Positions 35,483-48,490 are shown, counted from the first letter of the stretch. The stretch: DNA of 64,000 nucleotides from an uncultured Pseudomonadota bacterium (GCA_963843375.1 CAWJKT010000018.1:1-64000); one strand, 5' to 3'. The notes: a model not told the origin generated them from the letters alone. A program made the numbers and translations.

Positions 35483-35642
35483 ACTCCTTGAAGACATGAA
35501 TTGGATTTAATGACAACCTGCCCGCCTTTTTTTGTGAATAATGGAATCTTAAGTTCGTAAATTCTCGACCGATGCATCGGTTTATTTAATATGATTGTGG
35601 TGGCTCGCGTTGATCGATCCCGACCATAGAAAGGTTGATCGT

Positions 35643-36335
35643 ATGGATGATCCTTGGGATGGTTTCAATTCGCGGAAGAAAGGGTCCGGCCTTTTTGCCC
35701 TTTCATTGCTTTTAATCCTTATCCCATCCATGTTTTGGGGAAAAGGTGTTTATCAGGTGATGGCGGCGGCCGATCGTTCCTGCAGGTCGATTGATACTTT
35801 GGTGAAATCCAACGCCGTATCAATCCTTTACGTCGCGGACAACGCTTCCGATGGGAAATCCAACTGGGAAAAGTTCGATACCCTCGAAGAAGCTAAAAAA
35901 GCTGGTTCCGGCGGTTACTCCAGAAGCGCGAAAGTATATTTTAATAATTCTTTGGTAGTTCGAGTTGATTTGGAATTGAAAAGCCCGTCCAAAGAATGGG
36001 TCCATTATATCCGTTATTATTTTCGTGATGATGGAACCCTGGAAAAATCAAGTTCTGATTTCCGAAGATTCGGCGCCTATGATCAAGAGCGGGGCATGGA
36101 GCAGGAATTTTTGGTTAAGGTCCTTAGGGACAAATATTTCGATTTGATGGGGAAGATGGTTAAAAAAGGGAGCCCCCGTTTTTTTAACATGAGCACCATG
36201 AGAGAAATGAAGAATGTCGTTTACACAGACGGACCTTGGCCCATTTATGCCAAAACCTTACAACTTCCTTTTGCTGGGATTTTAAAACCGGTCGAAACCC
36301 CCGCTCTTTCGAACCATGGGGAAACCATTCGATAA
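35643..36335 (+). CDS. Hypothetical membrane-anchored/secreted protein
   Basis: One hydrophobic segment followed by a soluble domain; start estimated. Confidence 0.6.
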   Translation: MDDPWDGFNSRKKGSGLFALSLLLILIPSMFWGKGVYQVMAAADRSCRSIDTLVKSNAVSILYVADNASDGKSNWEKFDTLEEAKKAGSGGYSRSAKVYFNNSLVVRVDLELKSPSKEWVHYIRYYFRDDGTLEKSSSDFRRFGAYDQERGMEQEFLVKVLRDKYFDLMGKMVKKGSPRFFNMSTMREMKNVVYTDGPWPIYAKTLQLPFAGILKPVETPALSNHGETIR

Positions 36336-36678
36336 TTTAACCCCTGGTTTTCCCTCCTGTTGTGGTCCAATCGGCCTTCCTGGCCGTAGCCTATTGAGCT
36401 AAGTGAAACCGATCGCCGTTAACAATTAGGCTAAAAGTAAACCCTTTTGTTCAACGGGATTGTCCATTTCTACAAACCTGTTTTGTTTTCCAGGTGACAA
36501 TCAAAATTTAAGTCCTAAAGCCTTTAAAAACCCTTGAACTAACATTCCACTTGGCGCTACTCTTGCATCTCTTCTTAGCTGTTCTATGCCTATCAACGCT
36601 TCGCCTTTTTCACTTTTGTCAAAGTAGGGCTGTTTAAAGCTGGTAAGCCGCTTATCAATCTGACAAGGAGCCAAACGC

Positions 36679-38848
<2,170 letters not shown>

Positions 38849-38865
38849 GTCACTTGTCGTAACTC

Positions 38866-38900
38866 AAAAGGGCTGTTCCTGTAAGGGGACGGCCCTTTTT
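38866..38900. terminator. Bidirectional intrinsic terminator between convergent genes
   Basis: AAAAGGGCTGTTCCT-GTA-AGGGGACGGCCCTTTT. Confidence 0.8.
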
Positions 38901-38903
38901 ATT

Positions 38904-39158
38904 TTAATTTCGTGAAATGCCCAGGACTTCCTGTATTTGTTGGAACCTGGGGTTGATGAGAATTTTCCCGCCTATTTCCACGGTCGGAATCACCCTTTTT
39001 CCATTGGTATAACTCAGCATAGTTTGATGGGCCGATTTATCCTTCTCAATATCCTTTTCTTCATAAGGGATGTTGTTTTCCTTTAGCTGGGTTTTAAGCC
39101 TGCGACAATCCCCGCACCAGGAAGTGGTATAAACAATCATTTTTTCGGCCATGACCAT
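38904..39158 (-). CDS. Glutaredoxin-like (NrdH/mycoredoxin-type) protein
   Basis: YTTSWCGDC and G.RVIPTV.IGG. Confidence 0.85.
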   Translation of the reverse strand: MVMAEKMIVYTTSWCGDCRRLKTQLKENNIPYEEKDIEKDKSAHQTMLSYTNGKRVIPTVEIGGKILINPRFQQIQEVLGISRN

Positions 39159-39298
39159 CCTTAGGAAAAAGATTTACACCGTCATGGTCGGTCGGGGACT
39201 CAAAAGTTTCAAGTGGCTTAGAGGTAGATCGGTGCTTGTTTTTTACATTCGGCTTTGGTTATAAAAGGCCCGGTATTAAAACTGGGGAAGGAAATGAA

Positions 39299-40075
39299 AT
39301 GAGAAAAGAACTGGTTGTGTTTTTGCTCGGTTTCTTGATTTGGGGCTCCGCCGGCGCAAAGATGGTGACCCAAGCGGTCGATTATCAGGACGGAGAAATC
39401 ACCCTGGAAGGCTATTTGGCCTATGACGATTCCATTCACGGCAAACGGCCCGGCATCCTGGTGGTGCACGAGTGGAACGGTTTGGGGCCTTATGTCCAAG
39501 GTCGTTGCGAACAGCTGGCAAAATTGGGTTACGTGGCCTTCGCACCTGATATATATGGAAAAGGGGTCAGGCCTTCGACTTTCGATGCCTGCAAGGCGGA
39601 ATCGTCGAAGTATTACGCGAATCGGAATCTGCTTCGTAAAAGGGTGAACCTGGGATTGGATCAACTGGAGAAAAACGAGATGGTCGACAGGACGAAAATC
39701 GCGGCCATCGGTTATTGTTTCGGCGGCGCCACCGTATTGGAATTGGGAAGAAGCGGGGCCGATATCGCCGGAATAGTCACCTTTCACGGCGGACTCGATA
39801 ATCCTAGTCCTCTCGACGCCAAGAACATCAAGGCCAAGGTCCTCATTTGCCAAGGCGGGGCGGACAAGTTCACACTCCCCGCGATGCCGGGGTTTAAAAA
39901 GGAAATGGATGACGCGAAAGTTGATTACAAGATCGTCACTTATGATGGCGCGGTCCATGGTTTCACCAACCCCGACAACAAAGGGACGGTTCCTGGTTTG
40001 AAATACGACGCCAAAGCCGACAAGGCTTCCTGGAATGAGATGAAAAAATTTTTCGAGAAGATATTTAAATCATAA
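39299..40075 (+). CDS. Dienelactone hydrolase family protein, secreted
   Basis: VVHEWNG, LGYVAFAPDIYG, IGYCFGG, FHG.L and HGFTNP. Confidence 0.9.
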   Translation: MRKELVVFLLGFLIWGSAGAKMVTQAVDYQDGEITLEGYLAYDDSIHGKRPGILVVHEWNGLGPYVQGRCEQLAKLGYVAFAPDIYGKGVRPSTFDACKAESSKYYANRNLLRKRVNLGLDQLEKNEMVDRTKIAAIGYCFGGATVLELGRSGADIAGIVTFHGGLDNPSPLDAKNIKAKVLICQGGADKFTLPAMPGFKKEMDDAKVDYKIVTYDGAVHGFTNPDNKGTVPGLKYDAKADKASWNEMKKFFEKIFKS

Positions 40076-40087
40076 TGATCGACACTT

Positions 40088-41263
40088 TTAAAAGCCCCGA
40101 TCCCGAAGAGGATCAGGGCTTTTTTTATTTTCGGGGAATTTTATTCCCGAAAAGGGGATTTGGCTTGGCCGGTGTTTTTTGGAGGGGTTTTCGTTTTTTT
40201 CCAAAACCCAACGGCGAAGCTTGTTTTGAGCGCTGGCGAAGGGTAATTGGACTAGTTCTTTGCCGGTCACCCATTTGAAATCCTTGGGAAGCTTAGGATT
40301 TTTCGGCGGGATGGATTGGAAAAACCTCAAACGAATTTTATGATGCGTAATTTGATGGCGGACTTCCAAGGAAGGCCGACTATCGGATTTTGTTTTTAGT
40401 TCCTTTTCTAACTTGAGACGGGCGTCCTCGAAGGTTTTTCCCTCGACGCTGGGGAATTCCCACATTCCCTTCAGCCACTTTTCTTCCTGCGAGCGTTTTT
40501 TAACCAAGAACAGTCCTTTTTGTTCTATTGAAAAAGCGGCCATCCAGATTTCCACGGCTTCTTGGGACTTTGGCATTTCCGGCAATTCGCTTTGAAGTCC
40601 CTTTTGGGAGGCACCGCATTGGGATTGAAAGGGGCAAAGAAGGCATTTGGGATTATCCGGCAGGCAAAGGGTGGCGCCCAATTCCATGATCGCCTGGTTA
40701 AAATCCCCGGGACGTTCCTTGGAAATCAAGTTTTTGGCCAGATCCCAAACTTTTTGGTGGCCCTCCCCCGCCTTCAGGTTACCCCGTAAAATAAAAAGCC
40801 GCGAGAAAACCCGGATGACATTGCCATCCACCACCGGGAAAGGTTTTTGGAAACCAATGGAGAGTACGGCCCCCGCGCTATAGGGGCCGACTCCCGGAAG
40901 CTTAGTGATTTCTTCCAGAGTGTCGGGAAGTTTTCCATTGTAATCCCGCATTACCATTTGGGCCGTGGCATGGAGATTCCGAGCCCGGCGGTAATAACCA
41001 AGTCCTTCCCAAAGTTTTAGCACTTTTTCTTCTTTGGTCTTGGCGAGAGATTTCCAATTAGGAAGTTCCTTCAGGAATCGGAGGTAATAAGGAATAACCG
41101 TCTTTACCTGTGTTTGCTGAAGCATCATCTCGGAAACGAAAGTGGCGTAAGGATCGTTGATGTCGCGCCAAGGCAGGTCCCGCTTATTGCGGTCATACCA
41201 ATGGAGAAGCTGTTTTTGGAAAAGCGCGGGGTCCTGGAATTTTTCGTCGGTGGAACGTGCCAT
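40088..41263 (-). CDS. mutY: A/G-specific adenine DNA glycosylase (3' end may be extended by a frameshift)
   Basis: RDLPWR, VSEMMLQQTQV, WEGLGYYRRARNL, LPGVG.YSAGA, VDGNV.RV and FNQAIMELGATLC...PKC..CP....C. Confidence 0.95.
   Translation of the reverse strand: MARSTDEKFQDPALFQKQLLHWYDRNKRDLPWRDINDPYATFVSEMMLQQTQVKTVIPYYLRFLKELPNWKSLAKTKEEKVLKLWEGLGYYRRARNLHATAQMVMRDYNGKLPDTLEEITKLPGVGPYSAGAVLSIGFQKPFPVVDGNVIRVFSRLFILRGNLKAGEGHQKVWDLAKNLISKERPGDFNQAIMELGATLCLPDNPKCLLCPFQSQCGASQKGLQSELPEMPKSQEAVEIWMAAFSIEQKGLFLVKKRSQEEKWLKGMWEFPSVEGKTFEDARLKLEKELKTKSDSRPSLEVRHQITHHKIRLRFFQSIPPKNPKLPKDFKWVTGKELVQLPFASAQNKLRRWVLEKNENPSKKHRPSQIPFSGIKFPENKKSPDPLRDRGF
40090..40126. terminator. Intrinsic terminator between convergent genes
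   Basis: AAAAGCCCCGATCC..GGATCAGGGCTTTT. Confidence 0.7.
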
Positions 41264-43020
41264 TAGATGAATTGGGTTACTTCAAAGGTTTTCAAGGGCT
41301 CCATGGATCCTTTGACGGCAATTGGATTCAAAGAATTGGCTTTTGCCTTGGTTTTGATTCTTTCATAAGTTTCCTCGGAAACGACGGTTTGGCCCGGGGC
41401 CGCCATGGAACAAAGGCGAGTCACCACGTGAAGGGCTTCTCCGATAATGCTGTAATCAAAATGTTTGTTGGATCCCAAATTGCCCGCAACAACCGTACCT
41501 GTATGGATTCCAATCCCAACCGTGAAAGGGGGATAGCCTTTTTTGATCCGGGAAATGTTAAAATCCCTCAAGGTCTCCTGAATTTCCAAAGCGGCTTTTA
41601 CCGCGCGGGTTTCCTTATCCTCGTGGGTGAAAGGCGCTCCCCATACGGCGATAGCCGTATCGCCGATGAATCTATCCAACATTCCTTCGTATTTAAAAAC
41701 AACATCATTGATGATGCTGAAATATTGATTTAGCGCTTCCACGAGGGCTTCTGGCGCCATGTTTTCGCTCAGGGTGTTAAACCCTTTAAGGTCAGCCCGC
41801 ATTAAGGTGCACTCGCGCCTTTCTCCTTTAAGCGCGAAATAATCCTTCTCGGCGAGTATCTTCCGTGCCGCCTGGGGATCCACCACTTTGCCTAAAATCA
41901 GGGATATCCGTTCCTTTTCTTTCAGGCTTTCCAGCATTTCCCGCAGAGCGCTACCCAATCGCCCCCATTCGGTCCAGGGATCATGGGAGATGGAAACATT
42001 TAGATTTCCCTGGGCTATACCGATAATTGATAGGAGAAGCCCATTGAACGAATGGATATAAAACTTTATCCCGGCCAATACCAATAAAACCTCGAGGAAA
42101 AGAAACAAGAGGCCGGTTTTGAATAGGCTCTTTTGGGGTGTTCCCTCCACGGTTTGAATTTGTTTCACCGGTTGAAAGACCGCTAGGTAAGCGGCGGGTT
42201 TTTGATCCAACCCCAAAAGGGGTAGCCCTTGGGTGAGAAATGTTGCGGGACCCATGGAGATGGAACAAGCTTCCGGAAGATTCGTGGTTTCCAGAATCAA
42301 GGGGTAATTGATCGGGGGAGGTGGAATAGTGGCCGTGCACCAGGTTTGGGATTGGGAATAAAGGGCGATGTCATTGACGGAGGCCTTTTTAAAGGATTTC
42401 ATGAAGTTATCGTCGAGTTTGGATCCGACGGCCACCACTCCCAAAATTTTATCCTTGCCTTCAACGGGGACCAAAAGAGTAAGAAAGGTCGAGCTTTGGA
42501 ATGTGAAAAGTCCGCCTACTTTGGACCCCGCCAAAGCCACTTCCATTCCAGGCCATTCCTTGACGGAGGCCAAGATGAGTTTTTTGGTTTTGGAATGGGA
42601 TTTGGTTTTTTTGACGACCACAGTGTGTGAAGGGGATGGAGTGGGTTTTGGAATACCTAGATTGTCATAAAGGACCTCTCCGTCCTTATTCGTCAGCACG
42701 AAAAAGGCAGAGGGATATTCGACCAATTCAGATTCGCCCATTTTCTTGAAAGGTGTTAACGAAGTAACTGGACCCGAAAGGGCGGTTTTAAGGCTCTCTT
42801 TGGCTGTGAAATGGAGCGCATTTAGGAGGTTGTGGTTGAATTCCTTGTCATAACTTCCGGATAAGCTATTGAGGCTTTGGGTGAGGGCGGGCTGGGGATC
42901 GTTCACGATGGTGGTCTTAATACTTCTTTTCAAAATCGAGGAAGTGATCCAGGTAAAAAGGGCCATGGGAAGAATGGCAATACAAAACAAGATCACCGGC
43001 ACCAAGCGGAAGTTTTTCAA
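41263..43020 (-). CDS. Membrane class III adenylate/guanylate cyclase with an extracytoplasmic (Cache-like) domain and HAMP
   Basis: Two transmembrane helices and a HAMP-like linker, then ADLKGFN, RFIGD, GIGIHTG.VVAGNLG and YSIIG. Confidence 0.85.
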   Translation of the reverse strand: MKNFRLVPVILFCIAILPMALFTWITSSILKRSIKTTIVNDPQPALTQSLNSLSGSYDKEFNHNLLNALHFTAKESLKTALSGPVTSLTPFKKMGESELVEYPSAFFVLTNKDGEVLYDNLGIPKPTPSPSHTVVVKKTKSHSKTKKLILASVKEWPGMEVALAGSKVGGLFTFQSSTFLTLLVPVEGKDKILGVVAVGSKLDDNFMKSFKKASVNDIALYSQSQTWCTATIPPPPINYPLILETTNLPEACSISMGPATFLTQGLPLLGLDQKPAAYLAVFQPVKQIQTVEGTPQKSLFKTGLLFLFLEVLLVLAGIKFYIHSFNGLLLSIIGIAQGNLNVSISHDPWTEWGRLGSALREMLESLKEKERISLILGKVVDPQAARKILAEKDYFALKGERRECTLMRADLKGFNTLSENMAPEALVEALNQYFSIINDVVFKYEGMLDRFIGDTAIAVWGAPFTHEDKETRAVKAALEIQETLRDFNISRIKKGYPPFTVGIGIHTGTVVAGNLGSNKHFDYSIIGEALHVVTRLCSMAAPGQTVVSEETYERIKTKAKANSLNPIAVKGSMEPLKTFEVTQFI

Positions 43021-43105
43021 GTTTTGAGGCCCTTCTTTGGGAAAGCTGAGTGAGTAATGACAGCTACTATATTAAGGTTCCTGAAAAATTCAATCTTCCC
43101 GCCCC

Positions 43106-44899
43106 TTAATGAATATAGCCCCCTTTTTGGAGGTTCCATAGTTTCCGGTATAACCCGGGTTTTCGGATCAGGGTCTTATGCGTTCCTTGTTGGACCACCT
43201 TGCCCTTGTCCAGCACGACGATGTTATCGGCGCTCATGATAGTGGAGAGCCGGTGCGCGATCAGGATGGAGGTGCGTCCCTTCATCAAGTCCTGAAGGCC
43301 TTTCTGGATTTCGTTTTCCGTTTCGGAATCCAGGGAGGAGGTGGCCTCGTCCAAAACTAATATTTTTTTGTCCGCCAGAAGGGCGCGCGCGATGGAGACG
43401 CGCTGTTTTTCCCCTCCTGACAGTTTGACGCCGCGCTCTCCTACGATCGTATTTTCCTTTGAGGGGAGGCTTGCGATGAATTTCTCCAGTTGGGCGAATC
43501 GAATGGCGGAAAAGATTTGGGCCCTGGAAGCCTCGGGATTGGAAAAGGCGATATTGTTATAAATCGTGTCGTCAAACAGGATGCATTCCTGGGGAACCAT
43601 GCTCAGACTGTCTCTCAACGACCCCTGGGTCACTTCCGCGATATTTGTGCCGTCAATGGTAATGGTCCCTGCCTCCAGGTCGTAAAGCCGGTAAAGAAGG
43701 CGGATCAGGGTTGTCTTTCCGGCTCCCGAGGGGCCGACGATAGCCACTTTTTGGTGGGGTGGTATTTTCAAGGAAAAACCAGAAAGGATGGGACGTTTTT
43801 TATAAGTGAAAGTCACCTCCCGGAAATGGATAGCGCCCTGGGACACCTGTAAGGGTTTGGCGCCCGATTTATCCTTGATCTCGTTTTCGATTTTTCCGTA
43901 CTGAAACAGGTCCTCGAAATCTGCCGTGGTACGGTAAAGGTTACGGATGCCATAAACGAATCCTGAAAGATGACTTACGAGAGTGCCGAAGGTCGTGTAA
44001 ATAAAAACGAAGGTGCCGATGCTGATGGTCCCTTCGATCAGGCTGTGTACAGAGAAATAAATCAAGAAAAAGGTCCCTAATCCCAGGATGCCGATTTGTC
44101 CGGATTCCAAAATTTTATAGTAATTCCAAAAATCCAATTGAAGTTGCTTGGTCATTTCACTCAATTGGTTGAAGCGGTTTTTGATGTAGTTTTCTTTCGC
44201 GAAATACTTGATGGAGTCTATGTTTGTGAAGACGTCGGCGATATTGCCCTTTTCCAGGTCGGACATGTTGTTGAACCGGGCGTTAGACCTTCTTTGCTTC
44301 TCGTTCAGGAACAGAGAGAAGGCGATATAAGCGGCGGTCGTGAAGAAAACCACTATTCCCACGGGCAGGGTGAAGTAAAAAATAGAGCCGCTGACTAAAA
44401 TCATTTGAAAGAAAAGGGGGAGGATTTGGAAGATGAAGACGTCCGTCATGGTTTCCGCCGCGCCCGAACTCCTGGAGAGCCGGGAAATCAGAGAGCCGGT
44501 CTTGTGGGAACTGTGGAAACCGTGGGAAAGTTCTAGGAGATGGTTGAAGTAATAGCGTTTGATGTCGGTGATTAGGTCCGTTTCAAGCTGGTTGGTGAAA
44601 CGCAAATGGACCCATCGTCCCAAGGCCCGTGCCGCCGGGATTGCCAACATGACGGCAAAAAGAGTGGTCAGGGAATGGGTGAGTGATTCCAAGGTGATTT
44701 GATGATGGGTATATTGGGTTCCGATGTCGACGATCAATTTGAAAACGTAATTGAAGGCCAACTCGAGGGAATTCAAGACAAACACCAGGAAAACGAGAAA
44801 GAGAGCCGCTCCCTTATATTTCTTCAGGAATCCGAAATAAACTCCCAGGTTATATTTGAAGTCAATGACTTCCTTGTCGGAAACTTCGATGACGGCCAC
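43106..44899 (-). CDS. ABC transporter, fused permease/ATP-binding (exporter type)
   Basis: Six transmembrane helices, GPSGAGKT, LSGGEKQR, ILVLDEATSSLD and IAHRLST. Confidence 0.93.
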   Translation of the reverse strand: MAVIEVSDKEVIDFKYNLGVYFGFLKKYKGAALFLVFLVFVLNSLELAFNYVFKLIVDIGTQYTHHQITLESLTHSLTTLFAVMLAIPAARALGRWVHLRFTNQLETDLITDIKRYYFNHLLELSHGFHSSHKTGSLISRLSRSSGAAETMTDVFIFQILPLFFQMILVSGSIFYFTLPVGIVVFFTTAAYIAFSLFLNEKQRRSNARFNNMSDLEKGNIADVFTNIDSIKYFAKENYIKNRFNQLSEMTKQLQLDFWNYYKILESGQIGILGLGTFFLIYFSVHSLIEGTISIGTFVFIYTTFGTLVSHLSGFVYGIRNLYRTTADFEDLFQYGKIENEIKDKSGAKPLQVSQGAIHFREVTFTYKKRPILSGFSLKIPPHQKVAIVGPSGAGKTTLIRLLYRLYDLEAGTITIDGTNIAEVTQGSLRDSLSMVPQECILFDDTIYNNIAFSNPEASRAQIFSAIRFAQLEKFIASLPSKENTIVGERGVKLSGGEKQRVSIARALLADKKILVLDEATSSLDSETENEIQKGLQDLMKGRTSILIAHRLSTIMSADNIVVLDKGKVVQQGTHKTLIRKPGLYRKLWNLQKGGYIH

Positions 44900-45044
44900 G
44901 TTTTAATACTCCAGCTTTATTATTGATCAAAATAAATGATTCGAAAGGATTTATGACTAGGGGGTTACTTTAAAGGAGAGGGCGGCAGGGTGTAAAGGAT
45001 ACCGGAGAGTGGCCCGGGCGGACAGGCTATTGAAGGGGCAAAAT

Positions 45045-45080
45045 AAAAAAACGGATGGGTATTGGGCGGCCCATCCGTTT
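45045..45080 (-). terminator. Rho-independent terminator of the small secreted-protein gene
   Basis: AAACGGATGGG...CCCATCCGTTT with an A-run on the plus strand (U-tract on the minus strand). Confidence 0.75.
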
Positions 45081-45100
45081 GGAAAGAGAATAGTGTGGAA

Positions 45101-45298
45101 TTATTTAGTCGGACCGGTGCTGTTGGAGGCGGGACCGGTACTGTTAGTAGTGGGGCCCTTGGAACCCTTCTTGTGTCCGTGGTGGTGATTGCTGCATTTC
45201 TTTCCGCTGCAGGCAGGCGAGGTTCCGTCCGCCAAAGCAATACCTGAAACCGCAGCCGTGAAAAACATTGCCAAGCCGAGTGCTATTATTTTTTTCAT
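45101..45298 (-). CDS. Small secreted low-complexity protein
   Basis: Signal peptide MKKIIALGLAMFFTAAVSGIALA, RBS AAGGAG and its own terminator. Confidence 0.7.
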   Translation of the reverse strand: MKKIIALGLAMFFTAAVSGIALADGTSPACSGKKCSNHHHGHKKGSKGPTTNSTGPASNSTGPTK

Positions 45299-45496
45299 TT
45301 TTATCTCTCCTTTTGGAATTTAAGAGCTTCGCGATTCTCTTAAAATTTGGACGCGCGGTTTCCGAAAAAGTGTCGTCGTTTTAGCATGAATCAAATTAGA
45401 AATATCCCGTCTTTTATACCTATTTCTTGACCATCCATTTTTAAAATGGATATCATAGGAACCAGCCTCCCGTATAAACCGCTTGAAAGAGAAATT

Positions 45497-46237
45497 ATGG
45501 CCCTGCAACAAGAGCTGGAAAAAAGCGGTTCTTGGCTGTTCAGGTATCGATCTTTTGTCCCTCTTCTGGTCGTTCCTTTATGCGCCTTTTGTTTGTATTC
45601 TTCCAGCGATTTCACCCGCACTCATCTCAATAACGACGGATGGCAATTCGTTTGTTTGATCCTCTCTTTTATTGGTTTCGCGATTCGGGTCATCACCGTG
45701 GGGTATGCGGCCAGGGGAACTTCCGGGCGAAACACGACACGCCAAGTGGCGGATAGCTTGAACACGACTGGAATGTATTCCATTGTCCGAAATCCTTTGT
45801 ATATCGGGAATTATTTAATTCTCTTGGGTTTTTTGGGGGTTTTTCAAAATCTGTGGCTGGTGTTATTAATCACGGCTCTTTATCTTCTTTTTTATGAGCG
45901 GATCATCATGGCGGAGGAATTGTTCTTAAGGCAGCGTTTTGGCAAAACCTTTGAGAAATGGGCCTATAAAACCCCCGCCTTTTTCCCCCGGTATTCCCAA
46001 TGGAGTTCCTCCAAGAATTCTTTTTCCTGGAAAGAGGTTCTCTCTCGGGAATACAACGCTTTCTTCGTCATCACTACTTTTTTTTCAGTGGCCGATTTGA
46101 TTTTTGAATCCAGTTCCGTCCACCAATGGACCATGAAGCCGGTTTGGATGGGTATCTTCATCACAGGGGTTGTGGTACTAATCGGTTTGCGAACCTTGAA
46201 ACGCTCGACTCGGGCCCTGAAGGATGCGGGACGGTAA
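45497..46237 (+). CDS. Isoprenylcysteine carboxyl methyltransferase-family membrane protein, LmtA (lipid A phosphate methyltransferase)-like
   Basis: WLFRYRS, GTSGRNT..QVADSLNTTGMYS.VRNPLY.GN, YERII.AEE.FL..FG and TPAFFP. Confidence 0.8.
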   Translation: MALQQELEKSGSWLFRYRSFVPLLVVPLCAFCLYSSSDFTRTHLNNDGWQFVCLILSFIGFAIRVITVGYAARGTSGRNTTRQVADSLNTTGMYSIVRNPLYIGNYLILLGFLGVFQNLWLVLLITALYLLFYERIIMAEELFLRQRFGKTFEKWAYKTPAFFPRYSQWSSSKNSFSWKEVLSREYNAFFVITTFFSVADLIFESSSVHQWTMKPVWMGIFITGVVVLIGLRTLKRSTRALKDAGR

Positions 46238-46312
46238 TTTTTATAAAAGCCGCCTAAAAGGTGCTCCCGGATTTGATAAAGCATAGGACCCTTTTTTGAA
46301 AAACAAATATTT

Positions 46313-46900
46313 TTGCTTCGTATCCTTTTTGTTCTTGGGAACCCTCTTAAGCATTCAGGCGCTTGGCGCAGAAACCGTTGTTCCCACAAATCCAACTCCA
46401 CCGCCCTGGAGTTCACGGTGGGGGGATACGATACCCCCAACGGCGGTTATTATGATTTCAATGGAAATCTAGTGAACCTTCCCGATTGGGGTTATGGTCT
46501 TGGCCTAGGTATCAAGACGAACTTGTCCGAGCCGATTCCCGGGGTTTTTTTCCAGGGGCTTTCGAGCCTGACCTTTTCCCAGGATGAATATGAAACTTCC
46601 CCAACGACCGTTAACAGTCAAAACGTACAGGTCGGTTTTTCGGACAACGATTCTCAACGATAAAGCCTCACGCTTTTTTTGGGAACGGGATTTGAGGCTT
46701 TTTTACCTTATTTTAAGAATTTCTCCGTGGAAGGAAATGTCGGGATTTCGTTGAATTCAAACTGGAACCAAAACAAAGTCACCTATAATCCCGCCGTCGC
46801 TTCCTACACGAATTATTTGAGTTCCACTCAAACAGGCACGGTGTCCTTCACAAACAGCAGTTTTTCAATATTGAACCTAGCCGTCCATTATTATTTTTAA
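46313..46900 (+). pseudogene. Outer-membrane beta-barrel-like protein interrupted by an in-frame TAA (46661-46663); 5' end uncertain
   Basis: ORFs 46313-46663 and 46679-46900 are in the same frame, show alternating hydrophobic strands and end in ..AVHYYF. Confidence 0.5.
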
Positions 46901-46962
46901 CCAAAACCTCCCTGAGAGGTTTGCAATTCTAAGAATCGGGATTTGAAGTCGACTATGACCCC

Positions 46963-47076
46963 ATGGGTAAATCAACCTCCACTCCGACCCCCACGAATTA
47001 CAAGACCAACACTTCCACCGGCACTGTGACAAATACGCTTACCGATACGTCAACTTCCACGGCTTCCACCTCTTAA
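46963..47076 (+). pseudogene. Orphan Thr-rich linker fragment (MGKSTSTPTPTNYKTNTSTGTVTNTLTDTSTSTASTS*)
   Basis: Same T-x periodicity as the stalks of the three large secreted proteins, but with no flanking domains. Confidence 0.45.
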
Positions 47077-47183
47077 ACTGAAATTTTTTTTGAAGTCGAG
47101 TGGGTTTTCCATCGTTCTTCACCTGAAATAGGTGTTTAATCATTGAAACTGGACAAAAAAGATGGAGGTTAAAGAAGTTTTAG

Positions 47184-47215
47184 CCGTCCACGCCGGGGGG
47201 ACCCGGTTTGGACGA
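47184..47215 (+). repeat. Palindromic array site 1 (two extra G, possibly a homopolymer error)
   Basis: CCGTCCACGCCGGGGG-GA-CCCGGTTTGGACGA. Confidence 0.8.
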
Positions 47216-47339
47216 TCTTTGACACGCCAAAAAGCCGTAAAAAGGCTATTTAAGCTGCCCACGATTGGGCCCTTGTCGCGAAATAAACAAACGATGTTCG
47301 ACACTATAAATTGAGGGAAAAATAATTTTGGGGTGTCTT

Positions 47340-48431
47340 ATGAAAAGTTATCTAGGTTTTTTACTCGCGTTTTCCGCCTTTGGGATACTTAGTTTTGAGG
47401 GCTGTACAAAGACGTCAACGCTGACCGAACCCGTAGCCAGCGCTCTCTCCTGGAAAACCATGGGAAGCCCTTTCAGCACCGGAACGGTCTACTGGAACTC
47501 GATTTACGTTACCAACGGCACGCCCTATATCGTTTTCGCCCAACCTTCAAGCTACGACCTTTCAGTCGACGAATACACGGGTGGCTCCTGGGTACCTGTG
47601 GGCAGCCCGTCTTTTAGCCCCGAGGCCAGTTTCCAAAATATCACGGTCTATAACGGTATGCCTTACGTGGGTTTTGAGCAGTCTACTAACGGCGGGGTGG
47701 CCTCGGTGATGGATTTAACGGGCGGAACGTGGAACTACGTAGGGGGTGGGAACCTAACAACGACCCAAACCGTTTATGATTCCATGGCCATCGGGTCCGA
47801 TGGAACGGTTTATATGGCCTTCGATGATTCCACGGGCAACACCGCAGTCATGAGCAACAGCGGGGGCACCTGGAAACAATTGGGTGGTGACCTTTCCACC
47901 GGCGGTTCCAACTATGTTTGGATGGCCATGAATGGCACCACGCCCTACGTGGCTTACCAAGACGAAGGCGCCGGAGGCAAGGCGACGGTCATGACCTGGA
48001 ACGGAAGTTCTTGGACTCCCGTGGGCACGCCGGGCATTTCCCAGGGCGAGGCTTATGACGTGGTCCTCAGCGTCAGCAACGGCACACCCTATATTTCCTA
48101 CCAGGACGGCAGCAACAACTTGGGCATCAGCGTGATGAAGTTCAACGGAAGTTCCTGGGCCTACTTGGGAGCACCGGGTTTTACTAATCAATGCGATTAT
48201 CAGTCGATTTTCGTGGACAACGGAGTTCCCTATCTTGCGTACGAGGACAAGATTGCCGGAAGCGGAAAGGGCATCGTGGTGAAGTATATCTTATCGGCCT
48301 GGGTGACCGTAGGAAGCGCGGACTTTACGCCTGAAGTGATGGAGGACGTTTCCCTCTACGTTGACAACGGCACGCCTTACGTAATCTACGACATTGGTCC
48401 TCCGGGTTTCCGGGTGATGGGCTACTACTAA
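47340..48431 (+). CDS. Lipoprotein with about 48-aa beta-propeller-like repeats
   Basis: Lipobox-like SFEGC and repeated NGTPY(V/I).(Y/F).D.....VM...G..W..VG...F units. Confidence 0.8.
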   Translation: MKSYLGFLLAFSAFGILSFEGCTKTSTLTEPVASALSWKTMGSPFSTGTVYWNSIYVTNGTPYIVFAQPSSYDLSVDEYTGGSWVPVGSPSFSPEASFQNITVYNGMPYVGFEQSTNGGVASVMDLTGGTWNYVGGGNLTTTQTVYDSMAIGSDGTVYMAFDDSTGNTAVMSNSGGTWKQLGGDLSTGGSNYVWMAMNGTTPYVAYQDEGAGGKATVMTWNGSSWTPVGTPGISQGEAYDVVLSVSNGTPYISYQDGSNNLGISVMKFNGSSWAYLGAPGFTNQCDYQSIFVDNGVPYLAYEDKIAGSGKGIVVKYILSAWVTVGSADFTPEVMEDVSLYVDNGTPYVIYDIGPPGFRVMGYY

Positions 48432-48490
48432 GAAAACAACGTAGCCAATTCTCCACTTTTGGCGATGATGCGGTTCCGCTATTCTTTTGA

